A program made the translations under genes and the position numbers. A stretch of DNA of 32,000 nucleotides from Candidatus Saccharimonadota bacterium (GTDB lineage Bacteria; Pseudomonadota; Alphaproteobacteria; CAJXXZ01; 1604HC): positions 90,001-122,000 of the forward strand of contig NZ_CP043316.1 in assembly GCF_008189405.1 (NCBI RefSeq), given 5' to 3'. Positions 1 to 8,990 of the stretch are shown here, in pieces. The first letter of the stretch is position 1, and each line of letters opens with the position of its first letter. The notes beneath the pieces are model-generated. The model was given only the letters and a program-made list of their open reading frames with translations. It did no database searches and was not told the DNA's origin.

Positions 1-53
1 AAACAGTTAAATTCATATATCTGCATGTATAATTGATTTATGCGTTTATATTA

Positions 54-3000
54 TTAAATCTTCCAATTGAATTCTGATATTTTATTTAAAACATCTTCAG
101 ATAAATTTATTTTCCCAACAATTATAGGATTTTCTTGTGAGAAATGCAGCATTACTTTAGTGCCTTTGCTTTGTGTCAAATCATCTTGTATGGTTTTATA
201 TAAACTTAGTAAATTAGCCTTATTATCGATTGTAAATATAATTTGCTCTATTGTTAATAAAAATTGTTCAAATGATTGTACAGTATTAGAAATGATGAAT
301 TTTGCTTTATCTTCTCCAGTAATACAAATTTTTTGATTAACAAATTTTGATAGTGAATCCTGTTTTTCTCTTGAAATAAAACGCCAAATACCAAATGGAT
401 CTGATGCTATACAAATTGAATATGCATCTCCGTTTGGGCTTTTTTTGCTAATTACTTTTTCTAATTTACCAATTCCAGTAATATGCTCTTCTTTGCTTTC
501 TCGTTGAGAAATCCATTCTATATTCATTTTTCTTGTGTCTAATTTTGATAATGGATGCCCTGTAATATATATTCCTAATGCTTCATATTCATATTGAGAT
601 TTTGTTTCTTCATCCCACTCTTCTGCTTGTTCATTAGTTTCAAATAACAATGCAGGAGATTGGTAATCTTTATTTCTTTTTTCCCATACTAATGCTCGAT
701 TTTTTTCTAATGAATCAAATGCTCCAGATTTGATTAAATTTTCTAGAGATTTCTTACTAATACTAGTTCTTTTAAAAAAATCATCAATATTATGAAATGG
801 TTTATTTGCAATAATATTTTTTATACAGTTAATGCTTACATTCTTTATAGCACTAAGTCCGAATCTAATCTCCTTACCTTCTATTGTAAAAATTTCATGT
901 GATTTATTTATATCTGGTAATAAAGTATTGATTTTCATTCTTTTACCTTCATAAATAAATTCTGCTAATTTTTCTGTATTGTTTTTTTCTAATATCATTG
1001 AAGATACGATGAACTGTATAGGGTGATTCGCTTTTAAATAAGCTGATTGATATCCTATTAACGCGTAAGGAGTAGCGTGAGCTTTAACAAACGCGTATCG
1101 AGCAAAACTTTCAATTTGATCAAATAATTCAGTCGCTTTTTCTTCATTTGATTTCATTTGACTACAAATTCTACTCACAAACTCCGATTTTAGCTTTTTC
1201 ATCTCTTCTGGCTTCTTCTTACCAATTGCTCTTCTCATTAGATCAGCCTCTTGCATTGAATATCCAGCCATATTTCGAGCAATTTCTAGTACTTGTTCTT
1301 GATATACTAATACACCATAAGTTGATTTTAGTGTTGCTTCCATTTCAGGAAACAGATAGTTTATTGGTAGAACTCCATGTTTTCGCTTGATGAAAGTAGG
1401 GATGTTTTCCATTGGTCCAGGCCTATATAGTGATATGACAGCAATTAAGTCTTCAAACACCTCTGGTTTTAATCCAACCACAGCTTCAGTCATTCCCTTA
1501 CTTTCAAATTGGAAAATTCCTACAGTATGCCCATTTCGGAATATATTTAGAGTATGGTCATCATCTATTGGTATATTATTTATATCAAAATCAGGGTGGT
1601 TGTTTTTGACTAGTTTTTCTGTATCACTAATTATTGTTAATGCAGTTAATCCTAGCAAATCGAATTTTACTAATCCAGCATCTTCAATATGGTTCAAAGA
1701 AAATTGAGTGACAGTTAAGTTATGCTCTCTATATAGTGGCAAGTAGTTATATAATGGCTCCTTACCAATCACAATTCCTGCCGCATGTATCGAGGCATGC
1801 CTATGTAATCCCTCAATTTTTAAGCTGAGCTCAAACATTTTTTTGACTCCATCATTTTGTTGCATTTCTTGATCTAAGTCATCATTGTTTTCCATGAATT
1901 TATTTAAGCTTAGGTTTGTTCCTTGAATCACAGGAATTGCTTTTGAGTATCTATCAACAACAGGGTAGGGTACTTGCAAGATTCGACCGACATCCCTTAA
2001 AACACCTTTAGATTGTAATGATCCAAATGTTATGATGTGTGCTACGTTATCTTTCCCATATTTATCAATAATGTAATTTACAACTTTTCCTCTGCCTTTT
2101 GGGCAAAAGTCTATATCAAAATCAGGCATGCTTACTCGTCCAGGGTTAAGGAATCTTTCAAATACCAATCCAAAATTCAATGGGTCAATTGCAGTGATTC
2201 CTATACAATATGCAACTAGTGATCCTGCTCCAGATCCACGACCAGGCCCAACAGGAACACCATTTTCTTTTGCCCAATTTATGAAATCTGCAACAATAAG
2301 GAAATACCCATCAAAACCCATCTTATTGATTACACCTAATTCAAATTCTAGTCGTTTCTTATACGTTTCTAAATCATTGATATGATTCTTTGAATTCTGC
2401 TTATTACTACTTTTTTCTAAATTAACCTTTGTTGCTAATCCTTCGAATGCTTTATGATGTAAATATTCTTGCTCAGTCATTCCTTCTGGAATTGGTGAGA
2501 AATTAGGTAATTCAGGCTTCTTCTTTTTTAATAAAAATGAGCATTTTTTTGCAAATAAAAATGTGTTTTCTAGAGGGGTAGGCCAATCACTATATAGTTC
2601 TTCCATTTCTTCTGAAGATGGTAAGTGAAGCTCTTGATTGAAGTCTTCATCAAAATATTTCCCATTTTTAATACATGTAAGTGCATGGTATGCTTGATTT
2701 TGCTCTTTTTTCATACACCTAATATCAGGTATAGCAACAATTGGTGTTGAGCATATGCTTGACATATAGCATGCATCATACTCATCTGTATCTCGATTTT
2801 TAATCCCTACTGCCCAGTTTCCATAAAAATATTTTTCCATATTTTTAACACATTCCTGGATTTGATCTTGATCACATATCTGTCCTGGAATTGCAATAGC
2901 CATCAACCCATCTGCATTCTGAAAATCATCCCAATATACAGATGGCTCTTTATCTCTATAGCTATTACTTATGATTTTACATAGATTTTTATACCCAATT

Positions 3001-3239
3001 TGATTCTTGCAATAAACTAGGATTTGATATTTGCCATTCAAATTAAGCTCACATCCAGTAATGGGTTTGACTCCACTATTTGCTAGATTTTCATTGTAAT
3101 CCATGGTTCCAAACATATTATGCTGATCAACAATTCCAAATTCCTTGAATTGATCTTGGTTCTTTAATTCTGATATTCTGATAGAGCTTTGCAGTAAAGA
3201 ATATGATGTTCTAATCCCTAATGGAATGTAACTAGGCAT
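54..3239 (-). CDS. dnaE: DNA polymerase III alpha subunit, 1061 aa
   Basis: Full-length ORF collinear with Pol III alpha. It has a degenerate N-terminal PHP segment (YIPLGIRTSYSLLQS, IVDQHNMFG). Other motifs: GPGRGSGAGSLVAYCIGIT, FERFLNPGRVSMPDFDIDF, FDLLGL, LYRPGPM, EADLMRRAIGKK. AAGGAG Shine-Dalgarno (plus coords 3245-3250) lies 5 nt upstream of ATG 3239. The start overlaps the lolD stop by 8 nt. Confidence 0.95.
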   Translation of the reverse strand: MPSYIPLGIRTSYSLLQSSIRISELKNQDQFKEFGIVDQHNMFGTMDYNENLANSGVKPITGCELNLNGKYQILVYCKNQIGYKNLCKIISNSYRDKEPSVYWDDFQNADGLMAIAIPGQICDQDQIQECVKNMEKYFYGNWAVGIKNRDTDEYDACYMSSICSTPIVAIPDIRCMKKEQNQAYHALTCIKNGKYFDEDFNQELHLPSSEEMEELYSDWPTPLENTFLFAKKCSFLLKKKKPELPNFSPIPEGMTEQEYLHHKAFEGLATKVNLEKSSNKQNSKNHINDLETYKKRLEFELGVINKMGFDGYFLIVADFINWAKENGVPVGPGRGSGAGSLVAYCIGITAIDPLNFGLVFERFLNPGRVSMPDFDIDFCPKGRGKVVNYIIDKYGKDNVAHIITFGSLQSKGVLRDVGRILQVPYPVVDRYSKAIPVIQGTNLSLNKFMENNDDLDQEMQQNDGVKKMFELSLKIEGLHRHASIHAAGIVIGKEPLYNYLPLYREHNLTVTQFSLNHIEDAGLVKFDLLGLTALTIISDTEKLVKNNHPDFDINNIPIDDDHTLNIFRNGHTVGIFQFESKGMTEAVVGLKPEVFEDLIAVISLYRPGPMENIPTFIKRKHGVLPINYLFPEMEATLKSTYGVLVYQEQVLEIARNMAGYSMQEADLMRRAIGKKKPEEMKKLKSEFVSRICSQMKSNEEKATELFDQIESFARYAFVKAHATPYALIGYQSAYLKANHPIQFIVSSMILEKNNTEKLAEFIYEGKRMKINTLLPDINKSHEIFTIEGKEIRFGLSAIKNVSINCIKNIIANKPFHNIDDFFKRTSISKKSLENLIKSGAFDSLEKNRALVWEKRNKDYQSPALLFETNEQAEEWDEETKSQYEYEALGIYITGHPLSKLDTRKMNIEWISQRESKEEHITGIGKLEKVISKKSPNGDAYSICIASDPFGIWRFISREKQDSLSKFVNQKICITGEDKAKFIISNTVQSFEQFLLTIEQIIFTIDNKANLLSLYKTIQDDLTQSKGTKVMLHFSQENPIIVGKINLSEDVLNKISEFNWKI

Positions 3240-3900
3240 TGATTCTCCTTATCGAAGATAGATTGCCTTTTTTGAAATAATATTCACTATCAAACATATG
3301 ATTCCATTTTTTATTATGTGTTACACAGATTATTGCAGTTTTGTTTTTCCTAGCAATTCTAATGCATAAATGCATTATTTTATCTCCAGTTTCATCATCT
3401 AAATTACCTGTTGGTTCATCTGCTAGAATAAGCTTCGGGTTATGTACAAAAGCTCTGGCCAACCCAACTCTTTGTTGCTCTCCTCCAGATATTTGTGTTA
3501 CAGAAGCTTTTATATGTTTCTCTAGCCCAACATCACACAACCATCTTTCTGCCGCTTCATAAGCGTTTTTTCTGCCAATGCCTTGCAAAATCAATGGCAT
3601 GGCTACATTTTCTCTTACAGATAAATCTTTCCATAGCATATGAGATTGAAAAATATACCCTATGTTTCTTCTGAACTTAAATAATTTTTTTGTCTTGTTT
3701 AAACTTTCATCCATAAACGTTACTACCCCACTTTGTGGATAAGCTATTAATCCTGCTATATGTAGGAAAGTAGATTTACCTGAACCTGATTTACCTTCGA
3801 TCACAGCTAGTTCGCCCTGGTTTAATTCAAAATTTAAGTTTTCTATAATGTTTTCATTTTTATCATACCCAAATGAAATGTTTTTGAACTGTAAAAGCAT
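3232..3900 (-). CDS. lolD: Lipoprotein-releasing system ABC ATPase (LolD/MacB-type), 222 aa
   Basis: Walker [10 protein letters not shown], signature [14 protein letters not shown], Walker [14 protein letters not shown]-loop VTHN. Its ATG overlaps the stop of the upstream FtsX-type permease by 1 nt (TAATG). Position lolC/E-lolD-dnaE. Confidence 0.8.
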   Translation of the reverse strand: MLLQFKNISFGYDKNENIIENLNFELNQGELAVIEGKSGSGKSTFLHIAGLIAYPQSGVVTFMDESLNKTKKLFKFRRNIGYIFQSHMLWKDLSVRENVAMPLILQGIGRKNAYEAAERWLCDVGLEKHIKASVTQISGGEQQRVGLARAFVHNPKLILADEPTGNLDDETGDKIMHLCIRIARKNKTAIICVTHNKKWNHMFDSEYYFKKGNLSSIRRINA

Positions 3901-5102
3901 TAGTTTAACCCTTTAATGATATCTACTTTATTAGATTGGCGAGCAATATTCATAAGTATAATCATCATGATTATAAATGATATTGATACAATTAATAGAA
4001 GGTCTGACATGAATATTTTAGGGTGAAATTCAGAAAAACCAAATGATTCTTGATGCACCATTGTATATCCATATGTTTTATGTATAAATCCATATATTTT
4101 TGGGAATGCATATACAAGAGATAATCCAAATATCAAACCAAAAGCTATACTCCCAATGCTGATAAATAGTCCTAAATATGCAAAAAGAGAGAAAATCTGC
4201 AATTTGCTTGCTCCAAATGATTTTAACAGACTAATATCTTGAACTCTTTCAGAAATCAATATCCATAAACTATTTGTGCTTTGTAACATACAACAAAAGA
4301 TAAACATTCCTATAAATACTGCTAAGATTATATTCTGCATATTAAACATTTGCCTTAAAGATGGGTTTGTATCCTTCCATGTCCATATAGAATAAGATTT
4401 TCCAGATAAGTCGTATAAATCTTGCTGGATATTATCAATGTTTTCAGGATTGTTTGTATAGAATAGGTATTGGCTTTGCTCGAACCCTAATGAGTATTTA
4501 TCCAAACTATTTCCTATTACAAAAATTACATTTTTATCAAAAGAATGAAATCCCAATTTGAATATAGAGCTAACTTTTACATCAAGTGGTTTGATCGAAA
4601 TTTTACTAGATAATACGCCATATGGAATAAATAGCTTTGCAATTGAATTAGGTGATAATCTGAAATTTTGAGCCAATTTCTCACCAACCATAATAATAGG
4701 GGTTTTAGGTGAAGGTTTGATTTTATCAGATTTATTAACCCATTTGTCTTGCACAATGTAATCGCAATTTTCTCGACTGATCCCAATAATTTTCACACCT
4801 TGAGTTTCGTTATTATGTGATAATATTCCTTGTTTCTCACTGACCTTAATATGATGTTTATACCAACTCTTTTTTTTGATTAAATGTATTTTTTTATCAA
4901 GAGAATTAGAGTATACATCCATATGCCCATATATATGTAATATTCGTTCTAAAACAGAATTTTGAAAGCCATTCATAATAGATATTGAAGTAATTAAAGT
5001 TCCAATACTAACACCGATACTAATAATAGTGATCCATATCACTTTTCTTTGAGTTCTTAAAGAGAGAAAAAAGTATTTCAGAGCTAAGATTATCATTAAC
5101 AT
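3900..5102 (-). CDS. lolC: LolC/LolE-family lipoprotein-release permease (FtsX/MacB-type), 400 aa
   Basis: N-terminal TM (VIWITIISIGVSIGTLITSISIMNGF), a roughly 200-aa periplasmic domain, then three C-terminal TM helices. Translationally coupled to lolD. It is the only LolC/E-type gene in the window, so it could be a single hybrid LolF-like permease. Confidence 0.75.
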   Translation of the reverse strand: MLMIILALKYFFLSLRTQRKVIWITIISIGVSIGTLITSISIMNGFQNSVLERILHIYGHMDVYSNSLDKKIHLIKKKSWYKHHIKVSEKQGILSHNNETQGVKIIGISRENCDYIVQDKWVNKSDKIKPSPKTPIIMVGEKLAQNFRLSPNSIAKLFIPYGVLSSKISIKPLDVKVSSIFKLGFHSFDKNVIFVIGNSLDKYSLGFEQSQYLFYTNNPENIDNIQQDLYDLSGKSYSIWTWKDTNPSLRQMFNMQNIILAVFIGMFIFCCMLQSTNSLWILISERVQDISLLKSFGASKLQIFSLFAYLGLFISIGSIAFGLIFGLSLVYAFPKIYGFIHKTYGYTMVHQESFGFSEFHPKIFMSDLLLIVSISFIIMMIILMNIARQSNKVDIIKGLN

Positions 5103-5233
5103 TAGGATACAATTTTTAGGATATATCTGGTAGTGGTTATGATCAATAATTAGCTAGAAAAACTACGATAGAGAGCATTAGTTAGGAAAAGATATGGTGC
5201 TATGACGGAGGAATAATTAGTGAAAGGATCCCA

Positions 5234-5255
5234 TATATAGATGCATATCTATATA
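5234..5255. repeat. Perfect 9-bp inverted repeat with 4-nt spacer (TATATAGAT-GCAT-ATCTATATA)
   Basis: Read directly from the sequence in the 433-bp spacer upstream of lolC. It is AT-rich, so chance occurrence is not negligible. Confidence 0.5.
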
Positions 5256-5535
5256 AGTGAAGAGAAGTTGGAAAAAATCATAATAAATAGAAAGCAAGAT
5301 ATGATAGCACGCTATATATATTAAGAATCTGCTGCTAAGAAGTTTGTATATATTAGAGGGTTTGTCACACTATATAGGTTGCCTATTAATTATTAGGATT
5401 TTTTACACTATATGGTTTTCTAATATATATTAATTACCATACTAGTGCATTATGAATCCCTTACAGTTGCCCATATACCCTGCATATCCTAAAGTTTTCT
5501 TCAGGTCCTTATCAGTTTTGAGATCTTCATGCTTG

Positions 5536-7812
5536 TTACACTAGAGAGTCTGGCAATGCTGTGATTGTAGAGGGGGATTTTTGTAAATGGCCCAGTGTGA
5601 TTTCTGCAGGCATTTTAATGCCTTTAGTATCAAATAATTCTTTTATGATTTTATTAAATGCTCTCTGAGCCATAAACTGGTGTCCAGGCATAACTTTTAA
5701 TTTTGCTTGAACTGTATAATAAATTCCATTCACTTCAGATAGCCCTCTCATTTCTAGAGGAATAAATACTTTGTGTTTGAATGTATGCATTTCTCTAAGC
5801 ATATTAAACCCTTCTTCTATAGTAGCCATAGCATCTTCAGGATTTGTATCATAAGTAACGGCAACATTCATAATAACTGCCATGAAATTTCTGCTTTTAT
5901 TAAATACTTCGTTCACTTTATGGAATGGTATTGTAATTAATGTTCCACTATCTTGCCTGACTTGCATATACCTTAAAGTCATGTCTTCTACTTTTGCATT
6001 TTTCCCATTAATCACAATCAAATCACCAACCATAATAGTATTATCCATAATAATAAATAGTCCATTTAGTAAGTCAGTAATCATATCCCTAATACTAACT
6101 GACAAACCAGCTGACAAAAAACCCAAAGCAGGAATGATCTGAGATGTGTTGTATCCTAATATTGATAATGATGTCAGAAACCCTATAAATATAATGATGA
6201 ATTTTGATCCAGACATGAATATATTGAATAAAATTTCGAATTTTCTATTATTATCAGAGTCATGTTTGATTTTTCGAATCAACCAATTAGTGAGTATATG
6301 TCTCATAATGCTCATAATGGCAAATGAAAATGCAATAAGGTACAGTAATCCAATGAGCTTATCTAATAATGTGTTATGAATAATAACAGATATGTTTTTA
6401 TATAATGATATCCCCCAAATTTTTAAAGTAGTCATTACAGCTAAAGGAGCAACTGATCTTCTAATGACCCTTAATATTTTTAGGTATGTATCATTTAAGC
6501 GGGATCGATAGTGATAATCAAGATTTCGTAAATAAGTAATTATATATTTTCTTAAGAATATTGATGCTGCAACTAAGGATGGCCATAGTGACATAGATGC
6601 TATTGTTCTAGTTAGTTTATAAGAAATGTCCAGATTTATCCAAAATATCATCATAATATATAGAATCAAAAGAGATAATGACTGTAATCCTGTAAAATTC
6701 CTAACCCATATATTCTTATTTTCAAATTTGTGTTTTAGTTTTTGCCTTAATGCAATTAAGGTTTGTATGATAATTAATGTATAGAAAAAATTAATTATAA
6801 GGGTGATATCTTCCATGATTACAGCATTAAGGTGATTAATTTCATATATTGCAATAAAATATTTAAGAATATCTCCCACAGACCATGTTAAGCAAATCAA
6901 AATCACACTTCGTATAATATGCTTTTTCATATTTTGTACTATTTTGTTCCTGATATAGCTTAGTAATGTTTTTGTGGTTCTTATAATAAACATGCTAAAT
7001 ATAATTCTCATCACACTTATAAATAAGAATTGCATCACACTATTTATGAAAGAATTTGTATTTCTGATAATTAATTCCAATTCTGGAAGAAAATACAGAG
7101 ATAAAATAAGTGACAGAAAAAATATTACATAAGTGAAATCCAGTGTTATTTCATGCCACTTATTATTATATATACTTTTATAATACTGTATTAGCTTTCT
7201 AAACGCGAAAAACACTACATATGCTATTACCAAACTAGCAAGTGCTAATTTTAATAAATCTGTAAATGCATTTTTCATTAGAATGTGTGTGTCATGATTT
7301 GTAAATACAAACTTAATGGATTTTCTTAATGTTTTATATACAGTAGAAATTGTTTTAGATATATTAGCAACTACAGTTTTTGTTTTTTTATGCTCAGTTT
7401 GTTCGCTTTCCTGAGGCTTCTTTGTTCCTTGAGAGGACTCTTTCAATGCGCTTGAAATTTTATTTATCTCTTGTTGCATTTGGTCTAATTTTTGATTTAC
7501 TTGATCTATGCTGCTAGTTTCGACTTTGTTCTGAGCATTATCTGGGACGTTTTGTTGTGAGTTTTCTGACATATTTGAGTTTTTTGATATGCTTTGTTGA
7601 GATAACATATCTTTTTTTTCATGTGTAAGCACTTTCTCTGCGTGTATAAACGCAAAAAAGCAAACAAACACTGTTAAGCATGTGAATGCTTGTTTTGATT
7701 GTGCTTGTATTTGCCTTATTATATTGCTGGCACTGTTAGCTGTATTATTAGCTGTGTTAGATTTGCCAATTAACTCAATGAATTTATTAGTAAGTTTAGT
7801 GAGTTTCCACAT
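5536..7812 (-). CDS. Large MscS-family mechanosensitive channel (MscK/MscM-like architecture), 758 aa
   Basis: C-terminal MscS core: pore helix region GFLSAGLSVSIRDMITDLLNGLFIIMDN followed by the beta-domain MVGDLIVINGKNAKVEDMTLRYMQVRQDSGTLITIPFHKV. About 8 or more upstream TM helices. N-terminal anchor plus a Q/S/N/E-rich coiled-coil segment. Confidence 0.75.
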   Translation of the reverse strand: MWKLTKLTNKFIELIGKSNTANNTANSASNIIRQIQAQSKQAFTCLTVFVCFFAFIHAEKVLTHEKKDMLSQQSISKNSNMSENSQQNVPDNAQNKVETSSIDQVNQKLDQMQQEINKISSALKESSQGTKKPQESEQTEHKKTKTVVANISKTISTVYKTLRKSIKFVFTNHDTHILMKNAFTDLLKLALASLVIAYVVFFAFRKLIQYYKSIYNNKWHEITLDFTYVIFFLSLILSLYFLPELELIIRNTNSFINSVMQFLFISVMRIIFSMFIIRTTKTLLSYIRNKIVQNMKKHIIRSVILICLTWSVGDILKYFIAIYEINHLNAVIMEDITLIINFFYTLIIIQTLIALRQKLKHKFENKNIWVRNFTGLQSLSLLILYIMMIFWINLDISYKLTRTIASMSLWPSLVAASIFLRKYIITYLRNLDYHYRSRLNDTYLKILRVIRRSVAPLAVMTTLKIWGISLYKNISVIIHNTLLDKLIGLLYLIAFSFAIMSIMRHILTNWLIRKIKHDSDNNRKFEILFNIFMSGSKFIIIFIGFLTSLSILGYNTSQIIPALGFLSAGLSVSIRDMITDLLNGLFIIMDNTIMVGDLIVINGKNAKVEDMTLRYMQVRQDSGTLITIPFHKVNEVFNKSRNFMAVIMNVAVTYDTNPEDAMATIEEGFNMLREMHTFKHKVFIPLEMRGLSEVNGIYYTVQAKLKVMPGHQFMAQRAFNKIIKELFDTKGIKMPAEITLGHLQKSPSTITALPDSLV

Positions 7813-7817
7813 TGTTT

Positions 7818-8990
7818 CTACCTATTTCTCGCATTATTAAAGAATGTATGTAAGCTATCTTGATAAGATAGCCCTACAGATTGCATGAAGTTGCGATAAG
7901 TCAGTGATGCAAAATATTTTGTAAGAGCTGACTTGCTTCTACTGATTTGCTCTAGGGTTGGTTCAATATCTTGTACTTCATTAGTATGAATAATGGTTAG
8001 TTTATTGCCATCTACATAATAATTCATCTCATCTTTGTTAGTTAAAAACAGAACAATATTATCTGCATTTCCTTTGCGATTTAGGGTTTGATTAGGAATA
8101 TTTTCCCATTTAGCATTTTTAGTAACTTGCATTATGTTATTAATTGCAAATTCTTTACGTAAATTAGTTTGAATTTGAGGTTCTGATTCTTCATAGCTTT
8201 TTTGCTTGCTTGGAATGATTTCTACAACCTTTACATAAATAATATTTCCATCGCTAGCGCTATAGAAATGTTCTTTAGATTTTTGTTCTGAATTTAAGAA
8301 TGTGTATTTATTATGGCGCATAGATCTATTAATCCAAGAGATTCCTTCTATCTGCCCTTCGTATTTATCTTTTAATTCATGGATACTTGCTCCATTGGCG
8401 ATTAGTGATTGAAGATTATCCTTTGACACTTTATTTTCATCTATGATTAACATAGAAGCTCGTACAACTCTATTAGATATAAATAAATTCTTATTTTTAG
8501 CATAATGTTTTTTTAAGATTTCTTCAGAAAAATCCATTTTGATCTGATCATAATTAACTATAGTTTTCTTCCCAGACCTGAGTTGTAATAACCCCTTTGC
8601 ATATGCAGTGGCCATATCGTTTGTAATAATCACGCTATTTGTAACAGCCTTTATGATTTGATCCTTTATGATTTTATTTTCGTGTATAATCATTTTATCT
8701 TGATTAGATAAATTAGTTGATTTATCTTGTCTTGCATGTTTGATTATCAAATTTTTTGGTACCTGCAACTCTGAATCTATATATTTTGATTTTAATAACG
8801 CATCTGCAATGAAATTGTTAAGAGCTTCAGATTGATCCTTATATTTTTTCACATAAGCTAATCTTGTATGATTGGTTATTTCTACAGATCCAATTTTGGT
8901 TCCTTTTCTAGAAAATACATCTATTAATGATGGAATAAACATTAAAAATACGCTTAAAATTATGAATTTTGACTTATAGGATGATTGCAT
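7818..8990 (-). CDS. PpiD/SurA-like periplasmic chaperone with a degenerate parvulin-like domain, 390 aa
   Basis: N-terminal membrane anchor (FIILSVFLMFIPSLIDVF). The parvulin-like stretch is VVRASMLIID...SLIANGASIHELKDKY...NIIYVKVVEI, where the family has ..v.asHILv.. and ..GyHii.v. AAGAGG lies 9 nt upstream of the ATG. There is a 5-nt gap to the MscS-like start. Confidence 0.5.
   Translation of the reverse strand: MQSSYKSKFIILSVFLMFIPSLIDVFSRKGTKIGSVEITNHTRLAYVKKYKDQSEALNNFIADALLKSKYIDSELQVPKNLIIKHARQDKSTNLSNQDKMIIHENKIIKDQIIKAVTNSVIITNDMATAYAKGLLQLRSGKKTIVNYDQIKMDFSEEILKKHYAKNKNLFISNRVVRASMLIIDENKVSKDNLQSLIANGASIHELKDKYEGQIEGISWINRSMRHNKYTFLNSEQKSKEHFYSASDGNIIYVKVVEIIPSKQKSYEESEPQIQTNLRKEFAINNIMQVTKNAKWENIPNQTLNRKGNADNIVLFLTNKDEMNYYVDGNKLTIIHTNEVQDIEPTLEQISRSKSALTKYFASLTYRNFMQSVGLSYQDSLHTFFNNARNR

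Noticed and set aside
67-2385. Five + strand ORFs (67..336, 1148..1390, 1387..1707, 2037..2219, 2128..2385) antisense to dnaE
   Set aside because: They are shadow frames of a well-conserved gene, with no start signals and no recognisable products. The same reasoning applies to the other short antisense or alternate-frame ORFs in the track: 3341.., 4577.., 5882.., 6146.., 11351.., 14591.., 14906.., 15504.., 15880.., 16663.., 16978.., 18925.., 20642.., 21769.., 21954.., 24962.., 26063.., 28095.., 30836..
3734-3742. Perfect DnaA-box 9-mer TGTGGATAA (TTATCCACA on the other strand)
   Set aside because: It is a single copy inside the lolD coding sequence, with no cluster and no adjacent AT-rich unwinding element. 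It is most likely a chance match.
5495-5515. TCAGGTCC string reminiscent of the SRP (4.5S) RNA domain IV
   Set aside because: The flanking sequence lacks the GGAAGGAAGCAGC partner motif, and I could not draw a helix 8 pairing.
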